DNA of 56,290 nucleotides from the UHGV virus genome UHGV-0206581; one strand, given 5' to 3'. The notes under the pieces were generated by a model, which saw only the letters and a list, made by a program, of their open reading frames with translations, was not told the DNA's origin and made no database searches. Within the stretch, counting starts at the first letter, position 1. Each line of letters begins with the position of its first letter. The DNA is from a virus. Shown one piece after another: positions 44,154-54,269 of the stretch. The translations under genes and the position numbers were made by a program.

Positions 44154-44451
44154 ATGTTGTAATTGCATAAGGAACCCAAAAGTTCCTGAATTCACGTCTT
44201 CTTTGCTCTACATAAGCTTCTCCAGTCAGAGAAATCGAGTATCCAAGTTGTTTATTTTCTTTTATCCCATTTATTACAATAAGTTCGTCGCTTACCCAAT
44301 ACTCTATAAAGCGATTCTTGCAAAGCTCTGAAATATATTTGCTTGGGCTTTTTGATTCGTTTAGAGATGTGATTTCTTGGATGTCCTTGAACGTACAGCG
44401 TTTTTTCTTGTACAGCAACTTTAGAACTTTGTAAGTCTTTTTATCTACCAC
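44071..44451 (-). CDS. Antisense moron: winged-helix-like protein with C-terminal TM
   Basis: GTG start with GGAGG; YSISLTGEAYVE followed by FWVPYAITTFIAALSLIASI; AT-rich. Confidence 0.7.
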   Translation of the reverse strand: MVDKKTYKVLKLLYKKKRCTFKDIQEITSLNESKSPSKYISELCKNRFIEYWVSDELIVINGIKENKQLGYSISLTGEAYVEQRRREFRNFWVPYAITTFIAALSLIASISDNWGTILSWFGYTPG

Positions 44452-44624
44452 AATGTTTACCTCCCTTCGCCACATTCTACCATAGCAAGGAAGGAACCAC
44501 AACAAAAAGCGCCCCGGCCGGTGTGCGACCACCGACCAGGGCATGACACCACGTAATGACGCTACGAGGTATCGGAGACAGTATATCACATCCTCCGGCC
44601 TCTGGCAAGATTGGAGGATTTTTT

Positions 44625-44831
44625 ATGACCAAAGATGGGCAGCTCAACGAGACTAGCACGAAGCGGGAGATTGAGAACCGTTTCGCAAATGCACGCCGCG
44701 TCATGGACGACCTATGCCGGGCTTACTATGGGATGACTTGGGATGAGCATGAGCGGCTCCACGGGGAGAAGGGAGGCGAAAACGATGAGGCCAAGAACCA
44801 GAGCGCGGCCGCCGATCCCAACGGACGCTGA
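44625..44831 (+). CDS. Hypothetical protein
   Basis: GGAGG RBS; MTKDGQLNET... Confidence 0.65.
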   Translation: MTKDGQLNETSTKREIENRFANARRVMDDLCRAYYGMTWDEHERLHGEKGGENDEAKNQSAAADPNGR

Positions 44832-45114
44832 GATACTAGCGTATGACAATGTTCCAGTGGACGTTGCGGCCCGGTATTTAGACTGGCCGGAACAGACGGT
44901 AAGGCTGGCGCTCAGAGAGGGCCGGGCAACCTTCGGGATTGCGGTCAAGGACAAGGCGCTTACATACAAGATCAGCCCCGGCGGGCTGGTTAAGTACAAG
45001 CGAGAGGGCGTACCGTGCTTTGACTACGAAACCATCGTACACATGATACGGACTGCGGTGGCGAGCACCATTCAAAGCGAAATGAGCGATTTCAAGACAG
45101 AGCTTTTCAACTAA
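44785..45114 (+). CDS. HTH DNA-binding protein (excisionase-like)
   Basis: VPVDVAARYLDWPEQTVRLALREG...FGIAV...YKISP. Confidence 0.65.
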   Translation: MRPRTRARPPIPTDAEILAYDNVPVDVAARYLDWPEQTVRLALREGRATFGIAVKDKALTYKISPGGLVKYKREGVPCFDYETIVHMIRTAVASTIQSEMSDFKTELFN

Positions 45115-45132
45115 TGAAAGAGAGTGAAAATT

Positions 45133-45294
45133 ATGGGAGCACAAACCGAGCGCGACAGGCGCGCAAAAGCATACAGCTACCGGGCCTACCGCCGCCGGGT
45201 ACAGCAGGCGCAGGCGATGGCCCAGCGGGTACAACTGGCGGTGGTTGCCGGAGCGGCGCTGGTGCTGGCTATTCTGGTGGCGGTCAGCCTATGA
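45133..45294 (+). CDS. Small membrane protein
   Basis: MGAQTERDRRAK...LAVVAGAALVLAILVAVSL; not in the ORF track. Confidence 0.55.
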   Translation: MGAQTERDRRAKAYSYRAYRRRVQQAQAMAQRVQLAVVAGAALVLAILVAVSL

Positions 45295-45521
45295 AGAAAC
45301 AACTGATCGTGACCATTGCATATCTCTTTCTGCTGCTGGCGCTGGTTGCACTAGTTGAAATCATCTGGAACCAGGAGCCGGAGCAGCCAGCCATTGAGAC
45401 CCCGGCGGCAACCACCACCCCGTCCCCCACGCCCACCGGCCCGCTCACCATCCAGATCACCGGACTGGAGGGCGCGGAGAGCATCGACGATGTGTGGGCG
45501 GTCATTGAAATCCCACATTGA
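45291..45521 (+). CDS. Small membrane-anchored protein
   Basis: MKKQLIVTIAYLFLLLALVALV plus Pro/Thr linker. Confidence 0.6.
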   Translation: MKKQLIVTIAYLFLLLALVALVEIIWNQEPEQPAIETPAATTTPSPTPTGPLTIQITGLEGAESIDDVWAVIEIPH

Positions 45522-45533
45522 GGAGGGAGCAAA

Positions 45534-46010
45534 ATGGACTTAAAAAAGATTTTGGACGAGCATCTCCTTTGGCTGAATGGAGAGGGCGGCAGCCGTGCCG
45601 ACCTGCGCGATGCCGACCTGAGCGATGCCGACCTGTGCGAGGCATCTATAGATCAAATGATGTGGAATATTTATACGGTGTTCTATCCGTTGCAATGTCC
45701 GGAATCCGGCTCTTATATCGGCTATAAAAAGGCAAGTGGCCTTGTTGTGGAGTTGGAAATCCCCGCAGATGCACGCCGGTCCTCCGCTACTAGCCGAAAA
45801 TGCCGCGCCAGTAAGGCCAAGGTATTGAGTATCACAGATATCAACGGAAATCCTGCTGGCGGCCAGGTAAAGAGCAATTATGATCCGAACTTTGTTTATG
45901 CCATAGGCGAAACCGTTGAGGTGACTGATTTCGACGATAACCGATGGAACGAGTGCTCCACTGGCATTCATCACTTTATTACACGGGCGGAAGCCGTTAT
46001 TTACGAATAA
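45534..46010 (+). CDS. Pentapeptide-repeat protein with DUF5758-like C-terminus
   Basis: ADLRD-ADLSD-ADLCE; RSSATSRKCRASKAKV...ECSTGIHHFIT. Confidence 0.85.
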   Translation: MDLKKILDEHLLWLNGEGGSRADLRDADLSDADLCEASIDQMMWNIYTVFYPLQCPESGSYIGYKKASGLVVELEIPADARRSSATSRKCRASKAKVLSITDINGNPAGGQVKSNYDPNFVYAIGETVEVTDFDDNRWNECSTGIHHFITRAEAVIYE

Positions 46011-46062
46011 AAGCGCCGCTCTCCGGTGTGCGAGACCGGAGGGCGGCAAAAAGGAGAATAGA

Positions 46063-46263
46063 ATGAAACCTATCATCATTAAAACATATCCAGTAACGGA
46101 AAGCAAGTGTGAATTGGTTCGGCTTCAGAAGGATGCAAATAGAATTATCACACAGCTTCAACGTGAACGCAACCTTCGGAAATCTTACATTGTATCAGAG
46201 ATTATCCGGCAAGCTGCTCCGTATGTAGAATTTCCTACAGAGGAGCCTTCTTATGAGGATTAA
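46063..46263 (+). CDS. Small hypothetical protein (possible DNA-binding)
   Basis: AAGGAG RBS, 66 aa. Confidence 0.6.
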   Translation: MKPIIIKTYPVTESKCELVRLQKDANRIITQLQRERNLRKSYIVSEIIRQAAPYVEFPTEEPSYED

Positions 46264-46382
46264 GCCACCGCTTCGTGATACTCAATTAGAATCTCCCGCC
46301 GGGTGGTGTATCAGATGCAGGAATGAGCTTGGTTCATATGATACTAACGGAATCTGTAAAACATGCAAGGAGGAAGAAGAAA

Positions 46383-47315
46383 ATGATTGTAAAGCCGGAG
46401 AACATGGATTTTTCCAACAAGAATATCATCATGATTATCAGTGGCCTTCCAGGGGTGGGGAAAACGACACTGGCCCTGTCCGCCCCGGACGTGATACTTA
46501 TTGACGCTGACGAGGGCATGAGCCGTGTCAATCCAGAGCACCGGAAGGACAGCTCTATGATCAAAACTTATGAGGAACTTCTGGCTGACATCAAATCCTT
46601 TGAGGGACGCTACAAGACGGTTGTCATTGATACCTGTGGGGCACTGATTGACTTGATGAAGGACTGGGCCATGAGGAATGAGCCTGCCGCCAGCAAGAAG
46701 TCTGGAGGCTTCTCCCAGCAGGGATACGGCTTTGTCAAGACCGAATTTCTTCGCTTGTCCGCTGAGCTAAGGAAGAAGTTCAATGTGGTATTCCTCTTCC
46801 ATGCAGCCAAAGACCGGCAGGGAGACGACGTATTCTATGACATCGTGTGTGAGGGTTCCGCCAAGACGCTTGTCTGGCAGCCCGCCGACCTAGGGGCCTA
46901 TCTCCATATCGTCAACGGGGAGCGCTATCTGGGCTTTACCCCCACTATGAACTACAACGCCAAAGCTGCCTATGGCATCAAGGGGCTCATGAAGGTTCCG
47001 GAACTGAAGGACGGGGAACCTAATGACTTCCTGGCCCGTTTGTTCGCCCAGGTCAAAGAGAACATAGCGACAGAACACGCCTCGCTCCAGCCTCAGCAGG
47101 AGCAGTATGATGAGACGATGGCAGCAGGGCGGCTGGCCCTGGATTCCATTCAGAAGCCGGAGGACATACAGCCCGCCATGTCTGCTATCAAGGTCCTGAA
47201 GCACGCCCTGACCAGTGAACGGGAACTGAAAGCTGCTCTTTCCGAGCGGCTGAAGGAGCTTGGGATTATCTACAACAAGGAGACAAAAGCCTATGAGTGG
47301 GCCGAGCAGAAATAA
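46383..47315 (+). CDS. AAA_24/Sak4-like ATPase (recombination)
   Basis: GLPGVGKTTLA, LIDADEG, TVVIDT. Confidence 0.85.
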   Translation: MIVKPENMDFSNKNIIMIISGLPGVGKTTLALSAPDVILIDADEGMSRVNPEHRKDSSMIKTYEELLADIKSFEGRYKTVVIDTCGALIDLMKDWAMRNEPAASKKSGGFSQQGYGFVKTEFLRLSAELRKKFNVVFLFHAAKDRQGDDVFYDIVCEGSAKTLVWQPADLGAYLHIVNGERYLGFTPTMNYNAKAAYGIKGLMKVPELKDGEPNDFLARLFAQVKENIATEHASLQPQQEQYDETMAAGRLALDSIQKPEDIQPAMSAIKVLKHALTSERELKAALSERLKELGIIYNKETKAYEWAEQK

Positions 47316-47898
47316 GTTCCTGCTGACGCAGAGTCTCTTATCCTCCTGGCAGTACGCATTAAAGGGCAGCTCGTTTGACGAATTTCTCTCCACGCTCCGC
47401 CGGGAAAAGAAGCCGCAATCAAAGGCCATGCTGGACGGTATCCGGTTTGAGAACGTGGTTCACGCTGTCAGCGAAGGGGCGGAAATTACCCCGGAGCAGG
47501 AGTGGTACAGGCCGGTCAAGGAGATCTGCGAAATCATCGCACATGGGCAGTATCAGGTCAAGGCATCGAGACCTCTGGTGGTGGACGGCGTAGAGTTCAT
47601 CTGTTACGGCATTCTGGATTTCTTAAAAGCTGGAATCATATATGATACCAAGTTCAGTAAGACATACCACGTGGGGAAATACCTGGATAGCCCTCAGCAC
47701 CCCATGTACTTCTACCTATGTCCGGAGGTTCAGAAATTCGAATATATCATCAGCGACGGGAGCTATGTATACCGGGAGTCATATCTGCCAGATGATACAG
47801 ACCCAATTGAAAAAACTGTCCGCCAGTTCATGATCTGGATGGATCGGGCCGGACTGGTGGATCTGTACTGTGAGAACTGGAGGAGCAAATATGCTTGA
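47293..47898 (+). CDS. PD-(D/E)XK exonuclease-like protein
   Basis: AMLDGIRFE...YGILDFLKAGIIYDTKF...QHPMY. Confidence 0.75.
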   Translation: MSGPSRNKFLLTQSLLSSWQYALKGSSFDEFLSTLRREKKPQSKAMLDGIRFENVVHAVSEGAEITPEQEWYRPVKEICEIIAHGQYQVKASRPLVVDGVEFICYGILDFLKAGIIYDTKFSKTYHVGKYLDSPQHPMYFYLCPEVQKFEYIISDGSYVYRESYLPDDTDPIEKTVRQFMIWMDRAGLVDLYCENWRSKYA

Positions 47899-47990
47899 CA
47901 GAATCCGGCACTTTTTCAGGAGCCGCAAGACCTGCAAGGGGTTTTGCTTCACCTGCAAACACTACAAATTATGCGAGGAGGAAATGAAAC

Positions 47991-48425
47991 ATGGGAAACT
48001 GGGATGATTATAAAAGAGAAGAGCGTAAGCGGCTGAAGCCTGGTAACTACCGGGTGGAGATCGTTAGCGTAGAAGATACGGAGAGTAAAAAGGGGAATCC
48101 CATGCTGGTCATCGTCATCCGGCCAAACGGAAGCAATATCCCCATCAAGCACTACATCGTCAAGAACGAATGGTTTAATCAGAACATGACCGAGTTCTTT
48201 GATTCCTTCAACATTGATGACGGAGATTTTACCCTTCCGACTTGGGTTGGCGCTGTTGGCGCAGCCAAACTGAAAGAGGATGACCAGGGATACCTCAAAG
48301 TTCAATATTTTCTTGACCAGGATAGAGCGGCGAAACTTCCCCCCTGGGAAGGCCCCATGCCGGAGCGTCAGGAGCTGGTGCAACTCAAAGAAGTTGACGA
48401 TGACGAGGATCTTCCGTGGAACTGA
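47991..48425 (+). CDS. Single-stranded DNA-binding protein (DUF669-like)
   Basis: LKPGNYRVEIVSVE...SKKGNPML; acidic tail DDDEDLPWN. Confidence 0.8.
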   Translation: MGNWDDYKREERKRLKPGNYRVEIVSVEDTESKKGNPMLVIVIRPNGSNIPIKHYIVKNEWFNQNMTEFFDSFNIDDGDFTLPTWVGAVGAAKLKEDDQGYLKVQYFLDQDRAAKLPPWEGPMPERQELVQLKEVDDDEDLPWN

Positions 48426-48434
48426 GGTGGTCGG

Positions 48435-48944
48435 ATGCTGACCCACTACACCGATGCGGAGATCAAAAAGAAGCTGAAAGAACTGGTGGTCATAGCTGAC
48501 AGCCGGGAGCAGGTTCATCAGCACATCATTTCCTGGCTGGACAAGCATAACATTCAGCACAAGAGCCGGGCCCTGGAGACTGGAGATTACTCCGTCATGC
48601 TGGGTGACGCCACTTTCGAGGACGAGATTGTAGTAGAGCGCAAGGCCAACCTGGACGAGATTGCCGGGAACTTCACCAATGGCCGGGAGCGATTTGAGCG
48701 GGAGATGATACGGGCAAAGGCCGGTGGCATCAAGGTCTTTCTGATTGTGGAAAACGCCTCCTGGACAGACATCTTTCTGCATAATTATCGGTCAGAGCTT
48801 AAGCCTCAGAGCTTTGCCGCAACGCTCCTATCCTGGCAGGCTCGGTTTAACCTGACAGTTATCTTCTGTAAGCCATCAGAGACGGCCCAAATCATTTACA
48901 GCACCCTCTATTACTGGGTGAGAGACCGCCTGAAGCGGGGGTAA
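48435..48944 (+). CDS. ERCC4-domain nuclease
   Basis: ADSREQ...LETGDYS...VVERKANLDE. Confidence 0.88.
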   Translation: MLTHYTDAEIKKKLKELVVIADSREQVHQHIISWLDKHNIQHKSRALETGDYSVMLGDATFEDEIVVERKANLDEIAGNFTNGRERFEREMIRAKAGGIKVFLIVENASWTDIFLHNYRSELKPQSFAATLLSWQARFNLTVIFCKPSETAQIIYSTLYYWVRDRLKRG

Positions 48945-48948
48945 TCAT

Positions 48949-49521
48949 ATGGATATAGCTCCTGAAATCAAGCGGCTATTGCCTGCTCGGCAAATGGCGG
49001 AGACCTATGGATTCCAGGTAGGACGTTCAGGATTCATGAAATGCCCGTTCCACACTGGAGATCACACAGCCAGTTTAAAACTATATGATGGTGAAGGCGG
49101 CTTCCATTGCTTTGGGTGTGGGGCCCACGGATCTGTCATTGATTTTGTTATGCGCTTGTTTGATCTGAACTTTCGACAGGCCGTGCTCAGAATCAATGCC
49201 GATTTCCACCTGGGCCTCACATCCGGCAAACCAGACAGGATGGAACGGTCAAAGGTGCTAGAAGCCAGGCGTGAAGAGCAGCGGCGGAAAGACCGGGCTG
49301 AAACAAACTTCTATTTTATGCTTTCTGAACAGAGGTACTGGAAGGAGGCAATGGACGTGTTTGCACCCGTCGTTCAGGGCGAGAGATCCTACTATCACCC
49401 GCTATATGTCGAGGCCGTCAGGCGCCTCCCTTATATTGAATACTGGCTTGACGACTTTATAGAGAAGGGAGGCAAAAAGCATTGGAAGAATTGCCCGTAT
49501 ACACAAGGGACGACTACTTGA
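48949..49521 (+). CDS. CHC2 zinc-finger protein (primase N-terminal-like)
   Basis: CPFHTGDHTAS...FHCFGCGAHGSVIDFV. Confidence 0.9.
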   Translation: MDIAPEIKRLLPARQMAETYGFQVGRSGFMKCPFHTGDHTASLKLYDGEGGFHCFGCGAHGSVIDFVMRLFDLNFRQAVLRINADFHLGLTSGKPDRMERSKVLEARREEQRRKDRAETNFYFMLSEQRYWKEAMDVFAPVVQGERSYYHPLYVEAVRRLPYIEYWLDDFIEKGGKKHWKNCPYTQGTTT

Positions 49522-51326
49522 CGACCACGAAACCGTTTGAATATTTATACGCTCACAAAGAAAACAAATTCGAGATGCGGCAGCTTATGGGGCGTATGTC
49601 CATCCAAGCGCAGGCGGTCGGAGTCAGAAACTTGGCAACGCTGTTCAAAGATTACATAGAGACAGTCAGCGGGACAGTGACGCCGGGCTTTAACCGAACG
49701 GATTTTACCGGACAGGAAATGGAACTGGACTGTGGGGGCTGGACGGCTACTGACACAGGTATTTACGGCACCGACAAGATGGGCTTTGAGGTCGTGGCCT
49801 GCTACCACCCCATCATGCCGGTTCAGCGGTTGGTAAACGTAGATACGCGGGAGCACAAGGTTATGCTTGCATACCGGCTTAGCCGCCGGTGGGACATTGT
49901 GATTGTGGATCGCAACGTAATTTCCGACAGCCGCTCTATCATCGGACTCTCCAAGTATGGAATCATGGTCAACAGTGAGACCGGCAAGGCCCTTGTACGA
50001 TATCTGGCTGATGTGGAGCAGCTCAATTATGACCTGATCCCGGAGGTATCCAGCGTGGGGCGGCTGGGCTGGATTGAGGAATATGGCTTCTCGCCATATG
50101 AGGAAGAACTGGTCTTTGATGGAGAGGAAACCTACCGCACTCGTTTTGAGAGCATCCAGGAGCATGGGAGCCGGGAGGCCTGGCTGGACTGCGCGAGAGC
50201 TGTCCGGTCAGGCAAAACTCCCGGTAACGTGATCGCCCGTATCGTTCTAGCCGCTTCCTTCGCCTCTGTTCTGGTGGGACCGTGCCGTTGCCTACCATTT
50301 TTTGTACACCTGTGGGGCGGATCGGAAACCGGAAAGAGCCTGAGCCTGGTTCTGGCCGCCAGCGTGTGGGCCAATCCGGAGATCGGCGTTTACATCCAGA
50401 CCTTCAACGCCACGGAGGTGGGGAAGGAACTGGGAGCGGCGTTCTGCAATTCCCTGCCCCTCATCATTGACGAGCTCCAACTGGTCAAGGACAACCGGAA
50501 GGACTTCGACCGGATGATCTATCAGTTATCAGAAGGTGTGGGACGGGCCCGTGGCCGGAAGCAGGGAGGCCTCCAAAAGACACCTACCTGGAGGAACTGC
50601 GTCATCACCACAGGCGAATTTCCCATCATTTCCGCCAATAGTGGAGAGGGAGCAGTCAACCGGACAATTGAGGTGGACTGCCACGATACCAAACTCTTTG
50701 ATGAGCCGAAAAAGACCGCCACCAGTCTGTACGCCAACTACGGTTTCGCTGGGCGGGAGTTTGTAGATCACCTGATGGCGGATGGCGTGATAGAGCGCGT
50801 CCAGAAGCTCCAGGAGGACTTACAAAAGGCCATTAAGACCGGTGACACTATGGACAAGCAGACGGCATCTGCGGCCCTTATACTGGCCGCTGACAGGCTA
50901 TCAGAGGAGTGGATCTTCCAAGATGGCGTTCTCCTTCAGCCAGACGATATCCGGCCATATCTGGTATCAAAAGAGACCGTCAACCAAAACGCCCGCGCCC
51001 TGCAATACCTATATGACTTCATTAACATCAACCAATCCAGATTCTCGCCGGGTGCGGACGCCCACCAGGGCGAAGTGTGGGGCGATCTGGACGATGATTA
51101 CGCTTATATCATTCGCTCCAAATTCGACCAGATCCTTCAAGACGAGGGTTACAATGCCTCTGCTTTTCTCGGATGGGCGAAAAACAACAACCTAATTCTT
51201 CCGGGTAAAGATGGGAAAATGACCCGAACAAAACGGATTAACGGGCGAGTTTCACGTTGTATTTGGCTCAAAATGGACAATTATTTGAATGATTTTGAGG
51301 AAAACGTAGAGGAACTATTGCCGTAA
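49482..51326 (+). CDS. DUF927-family replicative helicase/ATPase
   Basis: LGW motif, HLWGGSETGKS Walker A, LPLIIDE Walker B, ITTGE. Confidence 0.85.
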   Translation: MEELPVYTRDDYLTTTKPFEYLYAHKENKFEMRQLMGRMSIQAQAVGVRNLATLFKDYIETVSGTVTPGFNRTDFTGQEMELDCGGWTATDTGIYGTDKMGFEVVACYHPIMPVQRLVNVDTREHKVMLAYRLSRRWDIVIVDRNVISDSRSIIGLSKYGIMVNSETGKALVRYLADVEQLNYDLIPEVSSVGRLGWIEEYGFSPYEEELVFDGEETYRTRFESIQEHGSREAWLDCARAVRSGKTPGNVIARIVLAASFASVLVGPCRCLPFFVHLWGGSETGKSLSLVLAASVWANPEIGVYIQTFNATEVGKELGAAFCNSLPLIIDELQLVKDNRKDFDRMIYQLSEGVGRARGRKQGGLQKTPTWRNCVITTGEFPIISANSGEGAVNRTIEVDCHDTKLFDEPKKTATSLYANYGFAGREFVDHLMADGVIERVQKLQEDLQKAIKTGDTMDKQTASAALILAADRLSEEWIFQDGVLLQPDDIRPYLVSKETVNQNARALQYLYDFININQSRFSPGADAHQGEVWGDLDDDYAYIIRSKFDQILQDEGYNASAFLGWAKNNNLILPGKDGKMTRTKRINGRVSRCIWLKMDNYLNDFEENVEELLP

Positions 51327-51341
51327 TTGGGAATTCGAAGT

Positions 51342-51533
51342 TGTAACACCGTAACACCTTGTAACACCCTTTTTGATATGTTTCTATAAAATAAAAAAAT
51401 TGCGTGCGCACTTTTTTTAAAAATTCAAAGTTAAAAAATAGGTGTTACAGGTGTTACAGTTCTTTCAATCCGTTGCGGCGCAATGTTTATAGCGTAACAC
51501 CAGACGTGTTACAAAACGGTTACTTAGTGTTAC
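51342..51533. repeat. Iteron-like repeats around an AT-rich core; probable replication origin
   Basis: Eight GTAACAC/GTGTTAC copies (51343, 51351, 51361, 51442, 51451, 51494, 51506, 51527) in both orientations. Confidence 0.8.
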
Positions 51534-51545
51534 AAAGGAGAGACT

Positions 51546-51878
51546 ATGATATTTCCATTTGAAAGAGAAGCTGAGCAAGGGGCCCCCATGCCGGACGGTT
51601 TATCTCTTCCAGATCAGCTTGCGTTCCGTTTTTTGTCCAGCATGTATGCAAGTATTAGAGCGGGATCTATAACCAGAGAACGGGCGATTTCTGATAAGGG
51701 GAAAATGACGTATCAATATAATATAGCAAATGAATCCATGAAACAATGGAAGGAACTAGGGCAGCACTGGTCAAACATTATTAAGTATGTTGAGTTCGCA
51801 CAAAGTCAATATAGAAAGAATCGTACTTTGGAAAATGCGGATGTACTAAGCAAGGCGTTAGATGGGGTGCTGATATGA
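51546..51878 (+). CDS. Hypothetical protein
   Basis: AAAGGAG RBS, 110 aa. Confidence 0.7.
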   Translation: MIFPFEREAEQGAPMPDGLSLPDQLAFRFLSSMYASIRAGSITRERAISDKGKMTYQYNIANESMKQWKELGQHWSNIIKYVEFAQSQYRKNRTLENADVLSKALDGVLI

Positions 51879-51939
51879 TCACCAGAGACCCCTACGGCAT
51901 CAGCGGAGCGGTGGGAAGCAGTCAAGGAGGTGCCGAACG

Positions 51940-52227
51940 ATGGACGATAAGACGCGCGCCCTGTTGGGCGATAGAGAGGCGGCCAAGCGGCTGACGGATG
52001 CGGGGGTGCTGCTGGCGTGTGCTCACTGTGGAAAGCAAGCATACATATCGGTTGATTATGAGTGTGAGCCAGACAGTATGGGCAGGAAATGGTCGTACAC
52101 AGTTGTATGCGGTACTTGCTGCGCGACATCGGGTTTATGTTTTTCGCCAGAAATGGCTCGCCTCGCCTGGAACGCCCGCGCGCCGATTCTGAGCGCGAAG
52201 GAGATGAAAGAGTTAAGTCATGGATAA
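51940..52227 (+). CDS. Lar-family (restriction alleviation-like) zinc finger protein
   Basis: LACAHCG...VVCGTCCA...ARLAWNARA. Confidence 0.7.
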   Translation: MDDKTRALLGDREAAKRLTDAGVLLACAHCGKQAYISVDYECEPDSMGRKWSYTVVCGTCCATSGLCFSPEMARLAWNARAPILSAKEMKELSHG

Positions 52228-52798
52228 TTTACAACCAAGCCGAATTAACGGGGGGAACTCTTCCACTGGACGCAAAGCATCGGATTTTTACCCAACGCCC
52301 CCAGAGGCAACGGTCGCACTATTGAAGTTTCTTAGTTTGCCCGCACAAGCACATATCTGGGAACCCGCTTGTGGAGAAGGTCACATGGTTGATGTTATGG
52401 AGGCAATGGGGTATGAAGTAACAGGGACAGACATCCAAGCTGGAGATGACTTTTTGACCATTCCTTTGATGGGCTGTGACTGGATCATTACGAACCCTCC
52501 GTTTCGACTGGCGGAGCAGTTTATCAGGCAGTGTGCAAAGCATAAGAAACCGTTCGCACTGCTGCTGAAGGTTCAGTTTTGGAATGCAGCGAAGAGATAT
52601 AAGCTGTTCCGCGAAATCACGCCTACAAGGGTACTTCCGCTGACTTGGAGACCGGACTTCACGGGGAAGGGGCAGGCTATGATGGATATGGCGTGGTGTG
52701 TATGGGATTTAGCGCCAAGAGGCACTACATATTTTTTGCCACTTGAGAAGCCGAACGCGGAGGAGTTGGAGATGCTGGAAAAGGAGGCCCAGCCGTGA
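52220..52798 (+). CDS. Orphan DNA amino-methyltransferase
   Basis: DFYPTPPE, IWEPACGEGHM (motif I), IITNPPF (motif IV). Confidence 0.88.
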   Translation: MDNLQPSRINGGNSSTGRKASDFYPTPPEATVALLKFLSLPAQAHIWEPACGEGHMVDVMEAMGYEVTGTDIQAGDDFLTIPLMGCDWIITNPPFRLAEQFIRQCAKHKKPFALLLKVQFWNAAKRYKLFREITPTRVLPLTWRPDFTGKGQAMMDMAWCVWDLAPRGTTYFLPLEKPNAEELEMLEKEAQP

Positions 52799-53466
52799 CG
52801 CGGGAAGAAGCGATTGACATTTTGGCGGAAAGCAAGCGACAGAATGAGGTTATGAGAGATATGCCCACCCTCACCCCGCCGAACGAGTGGGTGAGCGTGG
52901 AGGAAAGGCTTCCGGAACTGCCAGAGAAGGATTGGTGCAGCAAAATGGTTATTTCTTGCGATAAAAATGGCCATGTAGCACCGATGATTTGGGAGCGTGC
53001 ACAGGTTAGAGGGAAAATGATAGAACGATGGAAATATCATTGGGATAGAATCTATGACGGCGCTGGAATCACCCACTGGATGCCACTCCCCGCACCGCCT
53101 GGTGAGGGCAATAATGTCCCTAACGAACCGCCGAACGAGCCGCTGACGCTTGGACTGGTCGATAAGTATGGCGCACCTCTGTATGCAGGTGACACCGTGG
53201 CTGCTGACAAATTTTTTATGTACGCTATCCGGTACGGAAGCCACAATGTAAACCCGAAGCAATGTGAACCCGCCTATCAGGTCGGGTGGTATCTGGAAAT
53301 TGTTTGGGCACTCTACAACGAAGACAAAACGTATATCGGGCACACTGAGGCGCTGTATGACATTGGTGGAGTGGCTGCCAGATACCCGGCCCATTGTGCG
53401 GATACTACGGAGGGAGTACAAAACCTGCTGTTGTATAAGCACCGCCCGCCGGAGGTATCGCCATGA
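52795..53466 (+). CDS. DUF551-containing mosaic protein
   Basis: EWVSVEERLP...ITHWMPLPAPP; YopX-like DKYGAPLYAGD segment. Confidence 0.75.
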   Translation: MTREEAIDILAESKRQNEVMRDMPTLTPPNEWVSVEERLPELPEKDWCSKMVISCDKNGHVAPMIWERAQVRGKMIERWKYHWDRIYDGAGITHWMPLPAPPGEGNNVPNEPPNEPLTLGLVDKYGAPLYAGDTVAADKFFMYAIRYGSHNVNPKQCEPAYQVGWYLEIVWALYNEDKTYIGHTEALYDIGGVAARYPAHCADTTEGVQNLLLYKHRPPEVSP

Positions 53467-53690
53467 GACGCCAATACACCCGCCAGGAGCTAGAATCCAT
53501 CACCCAGGAGACCGCAATCTACATTGAGGGGGCAGGCATAGCTCAGCTCCAATGGGGCGGTTTGGAGATTGCTCAGGGCGTGAAGGACGGGTACCTATAC
53601 TGCAAGCATATCAAACCGTTTAGCCTGGATCTGTACGACAAATACTGGACGGCCTTTGATGGGCCGCCGGAGAGGAAGGAGAACGCATGA
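53463..53690 (+). CDS. Hypothetical protein
   Basis: ATGA coupling, GGAGG RBS. Confidence 0.7.
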   Translation: MRRQYTRQELESITQETAIYIEGAGIAQLQWGGLEIAQGVKDGYLYCKHIKPFSLDLYDKYWTAFDGPPERKENA

Positions 53691-53929
53691 AAACGATTTG
53701 CATTACTTGCAAAAATGACTGCAATAACGCCGGTACAACGGCCAGAATTTCTTGGTGCCCTCAGTACAAACCAGGACGAATTTTGTCCAACGCCGACCGC
53801 ATCCGGGCCATGAGCGACGCAGATTTGGCGAGATGGCTTGAATACGAGGGTGGAGGAGCCTGTGCAGAGGTTTATGGGTGGCTGGCGTGGCTCCAGCAGC
53901 CAGCGGAGGAGGGCAACAATGGACATTGA
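53687..53929 (+). CDS. Hypothetical protein
   Basis: NADRIRAMSDADLA...WLQQPAE motif seen in phage early genes. Confidence 0.7.
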   Translation: MKTICITCKNDCNNAGTTARISWCPQYKPGRILSNADRIRAMSDADLARWLEYEGGGACAEVYGWLAWLQQPAEEGNNGH

Positions 53930-54269
53930 GAAGCTGGATATAAACGCAGTATGCTTTGGTATCCTTTGCAATTTTACCCCTGTATGCGGAGAAGAACGAG
54001 CAAAAGAGGCGGTTGAACTCGTCCGTACGCTCCAGGCCGAAAACGAGAAGCTGCGGGCCGAGCTGGAGCAGGTGAAGCGGGAGAGGGATGCGGCGGTCAG
54101 TGATCTGACATTTGTGGTGAATCAATATCGGCTGGAGACAACAGGAATAGACCTTTGCGGACTTTGTGAGTATGATTTGCCACCAGTAGGGGAAAATGGA
54201 CAAACCGCAGAATGCCCCGGATTTTATGTGAACGATTGCTTTAAGTGGCGCGGCCCGGAGGAGGGGTGA
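53919..54269 (+). CDS. Hypothetical protein
   Basis: KRERDAAVSDL...CGLC...FKWRG. Confidence 0.7.
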   Translation: MDIEKLDINAVCFGILCNFTPVCGEERAKEAVELVRTLQAENEKLRAELEQVKRERDAAVSDLTFVVNQYRLETTGIDLCGLCEYDLPPVGENGQTAECPGFYVNDCFKWRGPEEG

